Source of the DNA: an uncultured Syntrophobacteraceae bacterium | GTDB taxonomy: Bacteria > Desulfobacterota > Binatia > UBA9968 | Reading direction: 5' to 3' | DNA length: 64,000 bases | Assembly (NCBI GenBank): GCA_964572145.1 | Contig: CAZNES010000006.1 | Span: 22,603 to 86,602, forward strand | Shown here: piece by piece, positions 29,975 through 42,111 of the stretch | Position numbering within the stretch: position 1 is the first letter of the stretch | Layout: each line of letters opens with the position of its first letter | The notes under the pieces: model-generated | Told to the model about the DNA's origin: nothing | Database searches by the model: none | The model's input: the letters and a program-made list of their open reading frames with translations, nothing else | Translations under genes and position numbers: made by a program

Positions 29975-31000
29975 ATGGAGGTCGAATTCCCAAAACGCCG
30001 GCGGCTACTCTTCGTCGGCTTTATTTTCCTGGCGATTTTTCCTCAGATGTCGATGGGAGCCGAGTCGACGGCCTTCCCCAAACCTGAAAAGAGCCATTTG
30101 GAAGTCGCCATCGCTGCCTGGGGCCCGACAACGCTGCCGCTGTTAGTGGCGCAGGAAGCGGGTTATTTCGCGAGGCATGGGCTCACCGTGTCCATCACTC
30201 AGGTCAGCGCCAGCGCCGCGGTGCAAGGCGTCGTCTCGGGCGTGATCGACATTTATCAGGGCGGGGCTGCGGCGATCGCCGCGAATCTGGCCGGGGCGGA
30301 TATCATCTACGTTGCTGCGGCCGTAGACCGGAGCTCGCTGGTATTGTTCGGACAGAAGGGGCTCAACGCCTTTGAAATGCTGCGCGGCAAGGCGATCGCG
30401 ACCACTTCTCCCGGCGCTTTCGGAGAGATCGCCGTTCGTATTACAGCGCGGAAACACGGCATGGAGGTGGGCAAAGAGATCAAGCTCCTGTATCATCGCA
30501 GCACGCCAGAGGCGCTGGCCTCTTTTCTCGTGGGAAACGCCGAAGGTCTGATCATCACGCCGCCCCAGACCGAGATCGCCAGGAAGCAGGGCTATCCGGT
30601 AATCCTCGATTATTACCAAGACGGGCTCAAGATCATCGGCCCGGGCACGGCCGTGACGAGAGACTTCTCGCAGAAATATCCCAACGCGCTCAAAGCCTAT
30701 CTCAGGGCGAACCTGGATGGACTCAAAAGAGTGCTGGAGGACGAAGAGTTCGCCAAGAAGACCGATAGCAAATATACAAAAATCTCCGACGCGCAGATCC
30801 TGAAAGAGAATTACCAGCAAGGCATGCGGGTCTGGAACAAAGATATGACCGTCGATCCCGCTGCGATCCGGCTGGTGCTGGACGATTCTTCCGACCCGAA
30901 GGCCAAGACCGCCGACCCGAAAAGGTTCTATGACAATTCGATCATCGAGGCGGTAAACCGAGAGTATGCATCTAAACTTTTTCCAGGATTAGTGAAGTAG
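29975..31000 (+). CDS. ABC-transporter substrate-binding protein, NMT1/THI5-like (NitT/TauT family), orphan
   Basis: Signal peptide RRRLLFVGFIFLAIFPQMSMGAES; periplasmic-binding-fold motifs; no adjacent permease/ATPase. Confidence 0.75.
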   Translation: MEVEFPKRRRLLFVGFIFLAIFPQMSMGAESTAFPKPEKSHLEVAIAAWGPTTLPLLVAQEAGYFARHGLTVSITQVSASAAVQGVVSGVIDIYQGGAAAIAANLAGADIIYVAAAVDRSSLVLFGQKGLNAFEMLRGKAIATTSPGAFGEIAVRITARKHGMEVGKEIKLLYHRSTPEALASFLVGNAEGLIITPPQTEIARKQGYPVILDYYQDGLKIIGPGTAVTRDFSQKYPNALKAYLRANLDGLKRVLEDEEFAKKTDSKYTKISDAQILKENYQQGMRVWNKDMTVDPAAIRLVLDDSSDPKAKTADPKRFYDNSIIEAVNREYASKLFPGLVK

Positions 31001-31264
31001 AGATGAGAAGTCGCCCGCGTTCAAATTGGCTGCGGTGCTCGGCTGCAAACCGAATCCGGCGACTGAGGGCGCACGGATGGACTTTGCGCCCGATGTGCCG
31101 CTGTCAGTATCCCGGCGTTCACCTGCGCCGGAGCAAGCACAGCGAGCAGGGGATCCGCTTTTACTGCCTTTCTAACCGTCTTACGGCATTGAATTGATCG
31201 ACGCTTTAATTCGAGTTAAGAGGAATTCTCGAGAGTCTCTGCGCGGTGACGTGGGGTATTCCTA

Positions 31265-31397
31265 ATTTACGTGGCTCCAGGCGTGGTAGGTGCTGCGAAC
31301 GAGCGGACCGGATTCGACGTGGCGGAAGCCGAGTGACTGCGCGTCGGTTTTGAGCTGGTGAAATTCATCAGTGGTCACATAACGCTCAACTCTATCC
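31265..31397 (-). pseudogene. lipA: lipoyl synthase (lipA) C-terminal remnant (~43 codons)
   Basis: Minus-strand frame reads [43 protein letters not shown], matching the LipA C-terminus (..RYVSPDEFDEMK..GF.H..GPLVRSSYHA); in-frame stop immediately upstream; no upstream remainder of the gene. Confidence 0.65.
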
Positions 31398-31525
31398 TAG
31401 TCTTGCCCTCTGACCAGCCGAAAGGGAGTCCGCCTGGAGCAGTGTGGGATGTAGGCGACCTCGTATAAATCCTCGGAGACAATGCGATCGATGCGCCGCC
31501 AACGCGGTATGGAGCAGTCCGTGGC

Positions 31526-32161
31526 CTACGTCATCGGGATCATAATGTGGGTCTGATACGGCGTGCGCCGGCAGAGACCTTCATACCACGCGCTTAAATG
31601 ACCCAACTTGGGCCGCTCGATCGGCAGGTTGAACCAGCGATAGGCCCAGACGCCCAGCGGAATATCGCCGATGGTAAAACCATCGCCCGCGAGAAAAGTG
31701 TTTTTCGCGAGTTGGTCATCGACGATCTTCCACGCCTTGCCCGTTTTTTCAACGGCGGCTTCGATCGCCGACTTGTCGCGCTTATCTTCCGGAGTCCGGA
31801 CGATCCCCCAAAAGAGCGGCACGATGGCCGGTCCTAACGTGGTCAACTGCCAGTCCATCCAGCGGCTGGCGTTGGCCCGTCCCTCCATGTTGGCCGAAAG
31901 CAGCTTCCCGCCGCCGTACTTTTCCGTCAGGTAGCGCACGATCGTATTCGATTCCCACAGTATAAAGCCGCCGTCTTCGATCGTCGGCACGAGGCCGTTG
32001 GGATTCAAATCCAGATACGGTTTTTCTTTGTTCCCCCCGAACTTGCCGCCGAGGTCCACTCGGTCAAAGTCGATGCCCAACTCCGCGCAGCACCAAACGA
32101 CTTTTTGCACGTTGGATGAGTCTCTTCGGCCCCAGACCTTGATCTTTGTTGTTTCCGACAT
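31526..32161 (-). CDS. glutathione S-transferase
   Basis: ..KVWGRRDSSNVQKVVWCCAELGIDFDRV..LNPNGLVPTIEDGGFILWESNTIVRYL. Confidence 0.85.
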   Translation of the reverse strand: MSETTKIKVWGRRDSSNVQKVVWCCAELGIDFDRVDLGGKFGGNKEKPYLDLNPNGLVPTIEDGGFILWESNTIVRYLTEKYGGGKLLSANMEGRANASRWMDWQLTTLGPAIVPLFWGIVRTPEDKRDKSAIEAAVEKTGKAWKIVDDQLAKNTFLAGDGFTIGDIPLGVWAYRWFNLPIERPKLGHLSAWYEGLCRRTPYQTHIMIPMT

Positions 32162-32282
32162 ACGCGCCTCCTCTGTGTTCGATCCATAGCACCGTTTCGG
32201 CAGAAGTTGTACCGGAGCGCTAACGCTTTTCCCTGCGATCTGCTAAGTAAAAAGTTTCTCAGCAAGAAATTTACCGGAGGGC

Positions 32283-32663
32283 GTGATGACGCGCAAATGG
32301 GTTGGGGGGGAACTGCTGATTTTGGTTTTAATCGTGGCTCAAGTTGTGGCCGCGCAGGACAAAGCCGAGGGCAAGAAATTGTACGTCACGTATTGCTCCG
32401 GCTGTCATGGCGAGACCGGTAAGGGAGACGGTCCTGCCGCAGTGTCTCTTCCGGTTAAGCCCGCCAACCATACCGACGGGGCCGTCATGAACCATATCCC
32501 GGATAAAATCCTCAGCGAAATCATCTCGAAAGGCGGCCAGGCGGTCGGAAAATCGCCGTTTATGCCGGGTTGGGGGAGCCAGCTCAATGACAAGCAGATC
32601 CGCGATATCATTGCCTATGTTCGTAATCTGGCCACTCCACCCTACGCGCCCACCGGCAGGTAA
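32283..32663 (+). CDS. class I c-type cytochrome (monohaem) with signal peptide
   Basis: Haem-binding CSGCHG; Met ligand region ..SPFMPGW.. Confidence 0.85.
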   Translation: MMTRKWVGGELLILVLIVAQVVAAQDKAEGKKLYVTYCSGCHGETGKGDGPAAVSLPVKPANHTDGAVMNHIPDKILSEIISKGGQAVGKSPFMPGWGSQLNDKQIRDIIAYVRNLATPPYAPTGR

Positions 32664-32691
32664 AAAAAGGTAAGAAAAAATTAGCCAGGCC

Positions 32692-32722
32692 CCTTGACGT
32701 TTGCAGATACGAGCTTATATTT
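32692..32722 (+). promoter_or_regulatory. sigma70-like promoter for groES-groEL (TTGACG-16 nt-TATATT); no CIRCE element
   Basis: -35/-10 hexamers ~65 bp upstream of groES; no TTAGCACTC-N9-GAGTGCTAA inverted repeat. Confidence 0.45.
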
Positions 32723-32784
32723 GCATCCAATCCACAGTCCCGTCATTCATAATTTAATTTATGTCTTATTGAGGAGGATTAGTT

Positions 32785-33075
32785 ATGGCGCTCAAGGTTC
32801 GTCCCCTGCATGACAGGGTCATCGTCAAGAGAATCGAGGAAGAAGAAAAAACCAAGGGCGGAATCATCATCCCCGATACCGCCAAAGAAAAGCCACAGGA
32901 AGGCCGCGTCGTCGCGGTCGGCGCGGGCAAGCATGAGGACGGCAAGGTCATCCCGCTCGACGTGAAAGCCGGAGACAAGATTCTTTTCGGAAAATATTCC
33001 GGTGCTGAGATCAAGCTCGACGGCGGAGACCACCTCATCATGCGTGAAGAGGATATTTTAGGGATTATCGAATAA
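32785..33075 (+). CDS. groES: co-chaperonin GroES
   Basis: [40 protein letters not shown].. Confidence 0.95.
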   Translation: MALKVRPLHDRVIVKRIEEEEKTKGGIIIPDTAKEKPQEGRVVAVGAGKHEDGKVIPLDVKAGDKILFGKYSGAEIKLDGGDHLIMREEDILGIIE

Positions 33076-34707
<1,632 letters not shown>

Positions 34708-34736
34708 CAGGCCTTAAAAAAGGGTGAGTTATCAAT

Positions 34737-34773
34737 AAAGGGGGCGTCTGGAATTCCAGACGCCCCCTTTATT
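34737..34773 (+). terminator. rho-independent terminator after groEL (GGGGGCGTCTGG aatt CCAGACGCCCCC TTTATT)
   Basis: Perfect 12-bp stem plus T-rich tail. Confidence 0.8.
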
Positions 34774-34780
34774 GTCGCGC

Positions 34781-34812
34781 AAAAAAAGGGGAGAGAATTT
34801 CTTCTCTCCCCC
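34781..34812 (-). terminator. rho-independent terminator for the minus-strand cupin gene (GGGGAGAGAA ttt CTTCTCTCCCC flanked by A7 on plus strand)
   Basis: 10-bp stem; T-run on the minus strand. Confidence 0.7.
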
Positions 34813-34851
34813 GGAATCGAAGCGAGTCGGCGATTAGTTAACACGGTGCTA

Positions 34852-35277
34852 TTATTTTGCCGGGACAATCGTGGGTTTTCCTTTGTCATAGAGGGCGAAC
34901 ACGATCGCTTTCAGAGGTTCCGTCTTGCTGGGGTTTTTAACGTCATGCACCATGTTGGGCTCTATGTGAACGACTGAGCCGCGGCGTTGTGTGATCGGAG
35001 TCATATTTCCGCCCGCCAAGACCGCCGCGGTGCCTTCCAGAATATAGGCGATCTCGTTTCCCGGATGGGAGTGCTTGCCGGTGGCCGCTTCCGGCGCGAA
35101 CTCGATCAAAAACACTTCCGCTACTTTTCCCGGGACTCCTGGCAATTCCGTTTGCACTAGGGTTGTGCGCCGGATCTGCTCCTGTGGCTGTTGCGCGTTG
35201 AGGAGCCGGTCCGCCGTGAAACCGACGATGATTCCAGCTACAAGAGTTACGGCGATGATTAAAACCGATCGCTTCAT
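34852..35277 (-). CDS. cupin domain protein with N-terminal signal/TM
   Basis: ..GKHSHPGNEIAYILEGTAAV..HIEPNMVHDVKN.. two-His cupin motifs; start taken at MKRSVLIIAV. Confidence 0.7.
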   Translation of the reverse strand: MKRSVLIIAVTLVAGIIVGFTADRLLNAQQPQEQIRRTTLVQTELPGVPGKVAEVFLIEFAPEAATGKHSHPGNEIAYILEGTAAVLAGGNMTPITQRRGSVVHIEPNMVHDVKNPSKTEPLKAIVFALYDKGKPTIVPAK

Positions 35278-35488
35278 ATTTTCCTCCTGATTCCAGCACC
35301 GGACTATAGGCACGGGGTTGAGAAATTGCAACGAACCGCGGCATTTTCGCTCCTTCGATTTCTCCGCCTCTCTCTGCGATTTCCTTGACTTCCCGGCGGT
35401 TTTCCAATAGAAAAAAATTGGTTGTCCGCGGCGGTTCCAGAGCTTCTCAACGGCCCTGTCTTAACGTGACCCCCAACGTGGTCAATTA

Positions 35489-35845
35489 ATGAGCGATCCT
35501 TATTTTCCCGTCCTGGTAATTTTTTTCATTGCCGGGCTGGTTGTGTTGGGACTACTCCTGATCGCCCAAACGGCCGGTCCCAAAAGGCCGAGCCCGGTCA
35601 AGGCGGAACCTTTCGAGTCGGGAAATCCGCCGAAAGGCGACGCCCGCATTCGTTTTCCGGTAAAGTTCTATCTGGTAGCGATGCTTTTTCTCATCTTCGA
35701 CTTGGAAGCCGTTTTTCTCTATCCCTGGGCCGTCACGTTTCGCCGCCTGGGGATTTTCGGCCTTGTGGAGATGGGGATTTTTTTGCTCATCGCCGTGATC
35801 GGCTTTATGTATGCCTGGAAAAAAGGCGCGCTGGACTTGGAGTAA
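35489..35845 (+). CDS. nuoA: NADH-quinone oxidoreductase subunit A
   Basis: 118 aa, three TM helices, ..FLYPWAV.. Confidence 0.9.
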   Translation: MSDPYFPVLVIFFIAGLVVLGLLLIAQTAGPKRPSPVKAEPFESGNPPKGDARIRFPVKFYLVAMLFLIFDLEAVFLYPWAVTFRRLGIFGLVEMGIFLLIAVIGFMYAWKKGALDLE

Positions 35846-35851
35846 TTTTCA

Positions 35852-36415
35852 ATGCCGGAAGAGAGCCCGCGCATTCAATATCTCAGCGGCAAATTCGGCG
35901 CGCTGATTCTTGAATCGCATGTGCTCCACGGCGACGAGACGGTCGTCATCCGCCGGGAGGGATTGCTGGAGATCGTCCGCGCTCTCAAAGAAGATCCCAA
36001 AATGGACTTCGATTTTCTCGCGGACCTTACCGCGGTCGATTATTTGGGAAAAAAAGAGCCGCGCTTCGAAGCGGTCTATCACCTGCTTTCCTTGCAGAGC
36101 CATCGCCGCATCCGCGTCAAAGTCCCGGTTCCGGAAGATCAGCCGGAAGTCGATTCTTTGACGCCGCTGTGGAAGGGGGCGAACTGGCTGGAGCGCGAGG
36201 TCTGGGACATGTTCGGCATTCGCTTTCGCGGCCATCCCGATCTCCGACGCATCCTGCTCTACGAGGAGTTCCGCGGCTATCCGCTGCGGAAAGACTATCC
36301 GGTGAACCAGCGCCAGCCTCTGATTCCCGAGCGGCCGCTCGCGGGAACTTTCGTCGATACCCGGTCGGACAATAAACTCTTGCAACTGAAGCAGAAGGCT
36401 GAGCGCAAGCCATAA
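35852..36415 (+). CDS. nuoC: NADH-quinone oxidoreductase subunit C
   Basis: ..EREVWDMFGIRFRGHPDLRRILL.. 30-kDa subunit signature; begins 6 bp after nuoA (no nuoB in between). Confidence 0.9.
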   Translation: MPEESPRIQYLSGKFGALILESHVLHGDETVVIRREGLLEIVRALKEDPKMDFDFLADLTAVDYLGKKEPRFEAVYHLLSLQSHRRIRVKVPVPEDQPEVDSLTPLWKGANWLEREVWDMFGIRFRGHPDLRRILLYEEFRGYPLRKDYPVNQRQPLIPERPLAGTFVDTRSDNKLLQLKQKAERKP

Positions 36416-36423
36416 GCGGCGCC

Positions 36424-37614
<1,191 letters not shown>

Positions 37615-37635
37615 ATCGCAAAGGTAGGGGCGGGT

Positions 37636-38136
37636 TTGAAACCCGCCACTACGCCGAGAAAAATGGCCTTGGAATTTTCACCCGAGACGCGCAAAAATTT
37701 AGACGAGATCGTCGGCCGCTATCCGAAAAAAGAGGCGGCGATGCTGCCGGTCCTTCGACTGGCTCAGGAGGAGTTCGGCTATCTCAGCGCCGAGGCGATC
37801 GAATACGTCGCCGCGATCATGGGCGTCCCGGCGGCGCGGGTCTACGGCGTCGTTACGTTCTACACGATGCTCAACATGAAGCCGATCGGCAGGCACCACG
37901 TCCAGGTCTGCCGGACGCTCCCCTGCGCGCTGGCGGGCGCGGAGCGGATGACCGCGGCGATCAAGGCGAAGCTCGGCATCGGAGTCGGAGCAACCACGGC
38001 GGACGGAAAATTCACGCTCTCGGAAGTCGAGTGCCTAGCCTCCTGCGGCACGGCGCCGATGATGCAGGTGAACGACGACTACTACGAAAACCTGAACGAG
38101 CAAAGCGTGGGCGAAATTCTCGACAAGCTGAAGTAA
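37636..38136 (+). CDS. nuoE: NADH-quinone oxidoreductase subunit E (2Fe-2S)
   Basis: ..VQVCRTLPCALAGAE..ECLASCGTAPMMQVN.. ; TTG start behind AGGTAGGGG, alternative ATG at 37663. Confidence 0.85.
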   Translation: MKPATTPRKMALEFSPETRKNLDEIVGRYPKKEAAMLPVLRLAQEEFGYLSAEAIEYVAAIMGVPAARVYGVVTFYTMLNMKPIGRHHVQVCRTLPCALAGAERMTAAIKAKLGIGVGATTADGKFTLSEVECLASCGTAPMMQVNDDYYENLNEQSVGEILDKLK

Positions 38137-38138
38137 CG

Positions 38139-39410
38139 ATGGAAAAGATTCTGCTACGGAACGTTGGCGCGCCGGACTCGTACACGATCGGAGTTTACCG
38201 TTCCCGCGGCGGCTACGGCGCGCTGGAGAAAGTGCTGCGCGAGATGTCGCCCGAGCGGCTCATCGGCGAGATTAAAGCTTCCGGCCTGCGCGGGCGCGGC
38301 GGCGCGGGTTTTCCCACCGGCATGAAGTGGGGTTTCGTTCCCAAGGACAATCCCAAGCCGAAATACGTCGTCTGCAACGCCGATGAGAGCGAGCCAGGAA
38401 CGTTCAAGGACCGGCTGCTCATCGAGAAAGATCCGCACGCGATCGTCGAAGGCACGATCATCGCCGCTTACGCGATTCGGTCGCACACCGCCTTCATCTA
38501 CATCCGCGGCGAGTTCAGCTTCGGCGCCAAAGTACTGGAGCGCGCAATCGCCGAAGCCAGAGCGGCGGGATATCTGGGAAAAAATATTCTCGGCTCGGGT
38601 TACGACCTCGACTTGATTCTCCACCGCGGCGCGGGCGCGTATATCTGCGGCGAAGAAACCGGGCTGCTCTCGTCGTTGGAAGGCGGCAAAGGCTGGCCCA
38701 AGGTCAAGCCGCCGTTCCCGGCGACGCACGGCCTCTTCGGCTGCCCGACGGTCGTGAACAACGTCGAGACGTTGGCTTCCCTCCCATGGATCATCGAACA
38801 GGGCGCGGCGCGATACGCGGCGATCGGCACCGAGAAAAGCAAGGGCACGAAACTCTTCAGCGTCAGCGGCCATATCAAAAAACCCGGGGTCTACGAAGTG
38901 GATATGGGTTATCCGTTCAAGAAATTTCTCCAAGAAGATTGCGGCGGCGTGCCGAACGGAAAAAAGTTGAAGGGCGTGATTCCCGGCGGCGCGTCGATGC
39001 CGGTGCTGCGGCCTGACGAGCTCGACGGCATCACGATGGACTACGAATCGTTCCAGGCCGCCGGCACGCTGCTCGGCTCGGGCGGCGTGATCGTTATGGA
39101 CGAATCGACCTGCATGGTCCGCGCCGCGTGGAACATCTCGCGGTTCTTCGAGCATGAGTCCTGCGGGCAGTGCAGCCCGTGCCGCGAGGGCTGCCACTGG
39201 ATGGAAAAGATTTTCCGGCGCATCGAGCGCGGCGAAGGAAAGACAGGCGATTTGGATCTCATCCTCAGCGTGAGCGGCAACATCGCAGGCAACACGATCT
39301 GCCCGTTCGGCGACGCGGCCGCCATGCCCGCCGCCGCCTTCATCAAGAAATATCGCGACGAGTTCGAAGAGCACATCGCGCGCAAGCGGTGCACGGTTTC
39401 GGCGAGTTAA
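38139..39410 (+). CDS. nuoF: NADH-quinone oxidoreductase subunit F (FMN, 4Fe-4S)
   Basis: MEKILLRNV..GLRGRGGAGFPTGMKW..; C-terminal CGQCSPCREG; track ORF 37602..39410 N-extension is out-of-context and rejected. Confidence 0.9.
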   Translation: MEKILLRNVGAPDSYTIGVYRSRGGYGALEKVLREMSPERLIGEIKASGLRGRGGAGFPTGMKWGFVPKDNPKPKYVVCNADESEPGTFKDRLLIEKDPHAIVEGTIIAAYAIRSHTAFIYIRGEFSFGAKVLERAIAEARAAGYLGKNILGSGYDLDLILHRGAGAYICGEETGLLSSLEGGKGWPKVKPPFPATHGLFGCPTVVNNVETLASLPWIIEQGAARYAAIGTEKSKGTKLFSVSGHIKKPGVYEVDMGYPFKKFLQEDCGGVPNGKKLKGVIPGGASMPVLRPDELDGITMDYESFQAAGTLLGSGGVIVMDESTCMVRAAWNISRFFEHESCGQCSPCREGCHWMEKIFRRIERGEGKTGDLDLILSVSGNIAGNTICPFGDAAAMPAAAFIKKYRDEFEEHIARKRCTVSAS

Positions 39411-39414
39411 TTTC

Positions 39415-41004
39415 ATGGCGGATCCGGTAAAAATCACCATCGACGGGCGGGAAGTCGCGACGACCAAGGGCAAGACCGTCATCCAGGCGGCGGCGGATGC
39501 GGGAATCGCCATTCCCCATTATTGCTACCATCCGAAGCTTACGATCGCGGGAAACTGCCGCATGTGTCTCGTCGAGATCGAAAAAATGCCCAAGCTCCAG
39601 ATCTCCTGCAACACCCTTGTGACCGAGGGCATGGCGGTCAAGACGCAAAGCCCGAAAGTTTTGGAAGCGCGCCGCGCGGTGATGGAGTTTCTGCTCATCA
39701 ACCATCCGCTCGACTGTCCGATCTGCGACCAGGCGGGCGAATGCTGGCTGCAAGACTACTACATGGAGCACGACCTCAGCGCGAGCCGCTTCGACGAAAG
39801 AAAAGAGCACGAGCGCAAGCGCGAGATCTTCGGCCCGTACGTTGTCTTCGACGGCGAGCGCTGCATCAAGTGCACCCGCTGCGTGCGCTTTTTGCAGGAA
39901 GTGACCCACACGGACGAGCTCACGGTGGTGAACCGCGGCGACGATTCCACGATCGCTTTGTTTCCGGGAGAAATTTTGGACAACCCGCTTTCGGTCAACG
40001 TCGTGGACATCTGCCCGGTCGGCGCGCTCACCGACCGCGATTTCCGCTTCAAAGTCAGGGTGTGGTACCTCGAGAAGACGAAGTCAGTCTGTCCCGGCTG
40101 CAGCACGGGCTGCAATATTTCGCTCGAGACCTATCAGAACCGCATCGCGCGCTTCAAGCCGCGAGTCAACGAAGCCGTGAACAGTCATTGGTTGTGCGAC
40201 GAGGGGCGCTACTCTTTTCATGCCCTCACCGAAGGCGAGCGGCTGACGACACCGATGATCCGCCAGGAAGGCGGCCTGGTGCCGGCGGGTTGGGACACCG
40301 CTCTGCAAGCCGCGATCGCGGGTCTCGGCGCCAACGGACCACTCCTAGGTGTCCTCTCCGGAAGAAACACGAACGAAGAAGCGTTTCTCTTCACCCGTCT
40401 GATGAAAAATATTTCCGCGCAGGCCGAACTTGAAGTTTTCTACCGTGAGAGAGAGCTGACCGAAGTCGAGAAAGTTCTCAAGAGCCCGGACCGCTCGCCG
40501 AACTTTCGCGGCGCGCGCGACATGGGCGTCCATTCGAACGGCGGCTTCGACTCGTTGGCGGGCCGGCTGGTTGCCGGGAATTTTCGCGGCGCCTATATCG
40601 TCGGCGAAGATCTAATCAATCTGCCCGGCGACGGCGAGAAAATCCAAACCGCCCTGGAGAAGCTTTCGTTTCTGGTCGTTCAGGACACGCGGCTCACGCC
40701 GACGGCCAAGCTGGCGCAGGTGGTCCTTCCCGCCACACACTTCGGGGAAAAAGAAGGCACCTACACGAACCGCCGCGGCAGAGTGCAGAAACTCAATGCC
40801 GCGATCGTCCCGCCTTTGGGCGCGCTTCAGGACTGGGAAATTTTTTCCCGCTTGCTCGCGCGAGCGGGAGAGAAAGCCGCGTATGCAACCGCGGCGGAAA
40901 TCTTTTTGGCGCTTGCCCGTGAGATTCCGGCTTACGGCGGACTCAGCTACGACAAGATCGGCGATCAGGGATTTCAGCTCGGCAACGAGACCCAACAACC
41001 ATGA
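39415..41004 (+). CDS. nuoG: NADH-quinone oxidoreductase subunit G, short form (529 aa)
   Basis: ..HYCYHPKLTIAGNCRMCLVEIEKMPKLQISC..HPLDCPICDQAGEC..CIKCTRCVRF.. Confidence 0.9.
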   Translation: MADPVKITIDGREVATTKGKTVIQAAADAGIAIPHYCYHPKLTIAGNCRMCLVEIEKMPKLQISCNTLVTEGMAVKTQSPKVLEARRAVMEFLLINHPLDCPICDQAGECWLQDYYMEHDLSASRFDERKEHERKREIFGPYVVFDGERCIKCTRCVRFLQEVTHTDELTVVNRGDDSTIALFPGEILDNPLSVNVVDICPVGALTDRDFRFKVRVWYLEKTKSVCPGCSTGCNISLETYQNRIARFKPRVNEAVNSHWLCDEGRYSFHALTEGERLTTPMIRQEGGLVPAGWDTALQAAIAGLGANGPLLGVLSGRNTNEEAFLFTRLMKNISAQAELEVFYRERELTEVEKVLKSPDRSPNFRGARDMGVHSNGGFDSLAGRLVAGNFRGAYIVGEDLINLPGDGEKIQTALEKLSFLVVQDTRLTPTAKLAQVVLPATHFGEKEGTYTNRRGRVQKLNAAIVPPLGALQDWEIFSRLLARAGEKAAYATAAEIFLALAREIPAYGGLSYDKIGDQGFQLGNETQQP

Positions 41005-42104
41005 TCATCGACTTCGCGATCATCGCGGCCAAGGCCTTTCTCGTTCTCTTCATGGTGCTCAACCTGGCCGGCGTTCTGGGCTGGATCGAGCGCAAAGGCA
41101 GCGCGCTGATTCAAGACCGCATCGGCGCCAACCGCGCATCGATTTTCGGCTTCGCCGGCATGGGGCTCGTCAACACGCTGATCGCCGATCCGATCAAGTT
41201 TCTCTTCAAGGAAGATTTCATTCCGGCCACGGGCGACCGCCTGCTGCACACGCTGGCACCTTGCCTGGCACTTTTCCCGGCGCTGGTGACGTTCGCTGTC
41301 ATCCCATTTGGCGACGTTCTCGTCCTCGGCGGCCGCGAGATCAATCTTCAAGTCGCGAACTTGAATATCGGCGTGCTTTATATTTTCGCCATGGCGTCGC
41401 TCGGCGTCTACGGCATCGTCATCGGCGCGTGGGCCTCGAACAACAAGTTCTCTCTTCTCGGCGGCGTCAGAGGCGCCGCGCAGATGATCTCCTACGAGAT
41501 CGCGATGGGCCTGTCGGTCATGGGCGTGCTGATGGTCTACGGCACGCTCGAGCCGCAACAGATGGTGCGGGCGCAGGGCGAGCTCCTCGGGGGCTGGCTA
41601 CCGGCGTGGGGATTTTTTCTCCAGCCGGTCGCGTTCCTGCTTTTCTTTACCGCGGCGGTCGCGGAGACCAAGCGCATACCCTTCGATATCCCCGAGGGAG
41701 AGTCGGAGATCGTCGCCGGCTATCGCACGGAATATTCCGGCGGAAAATTTCTCATGTTCTTCGCCGGCGAGTTCGCCGAGATCGTCACGGCGGCGGGGCT
41801 TGTCACGACGCTTTTCTTCGGCGGCTGGCAGGTTCCCTGGCTCATGCGCGACGGCTTTCACTTTCCCTGGGGCGGCGCGATTGTTTTATCGCCGCTCGCT
41901 GTGACCGTGTTGCAAGTCGCGGCCTTCACCCTCAAAGTCGTCTTCTTCTGCTGGCTGCAAATCCTCCTGCGCTGGAGCCTGCCGCGCTTTCGTTACGACC
42001 AGGTGATGCGCCTCGGCTGGAAGATGTTGCTGCCGGTCGCGCTCGTGAACGTCGTGGTCACTGCCGTTTGGATCGTGCTCCGCGAACGGCTTTCCAATCC
42101 ATGA
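41001..42104 (+). CDS. nuoH: NADH-quinone oxidoreductase subunit H
   Basis: ..LGWIERKGSALIQDRIGANRA..; 4-bp overlap with nuoG. Confidence 0.9.
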   Translation: MIIDFAIIAAKAFLVLFMVLNLAGVLGWIERKGSALIQDRIGANRASIFGFAGMGLVNTLIADPIKFLFKEDFIPATGDRLLHTLAPCLALFPALVTFAVIPFGDVLVLGGREINLQVANLNIGVLYIFAMASLGVYGIVIGAWASNNKFSLLGGVRGAAQMISYEIAMGLSVMGVLMVYGTLEPQQMVRAQGELLGGWLPAWGFFLQPVAFLLFFTAAVAETKRIPFDIPEGESEIVAGYRTEYSGGKFLMFFAGEFAEIVTAAGLVTTLFFGGWQVPWLMRDGFHFPWGGAIVLSPLAVTVLQVAAFTLKVVFFCWLQILLRWSLPRFRYDQVMRLGWKMLLPVALVNVVVTAVWIVLRERLSNP

Positions 42105-42111
42105 ACGAACG

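Noticed and set aside
31003-31197. 64-aa ORF MRSRPRSNWLRCSAANRIRRL... after the binding-protein gene
   Set aside because: It is Arg-rich with low complexity and no RBS, and sits in the same degraded scar region as the lipA remnant. It is probably non-coding.
35400-35450. nuo operon promoter TTGACT-17-TAGAAA
   Set aside because: The -10 hexamer is weak, and several alternative hexamer pairs exist in the 150-bp gap. It was left out of the feature list.
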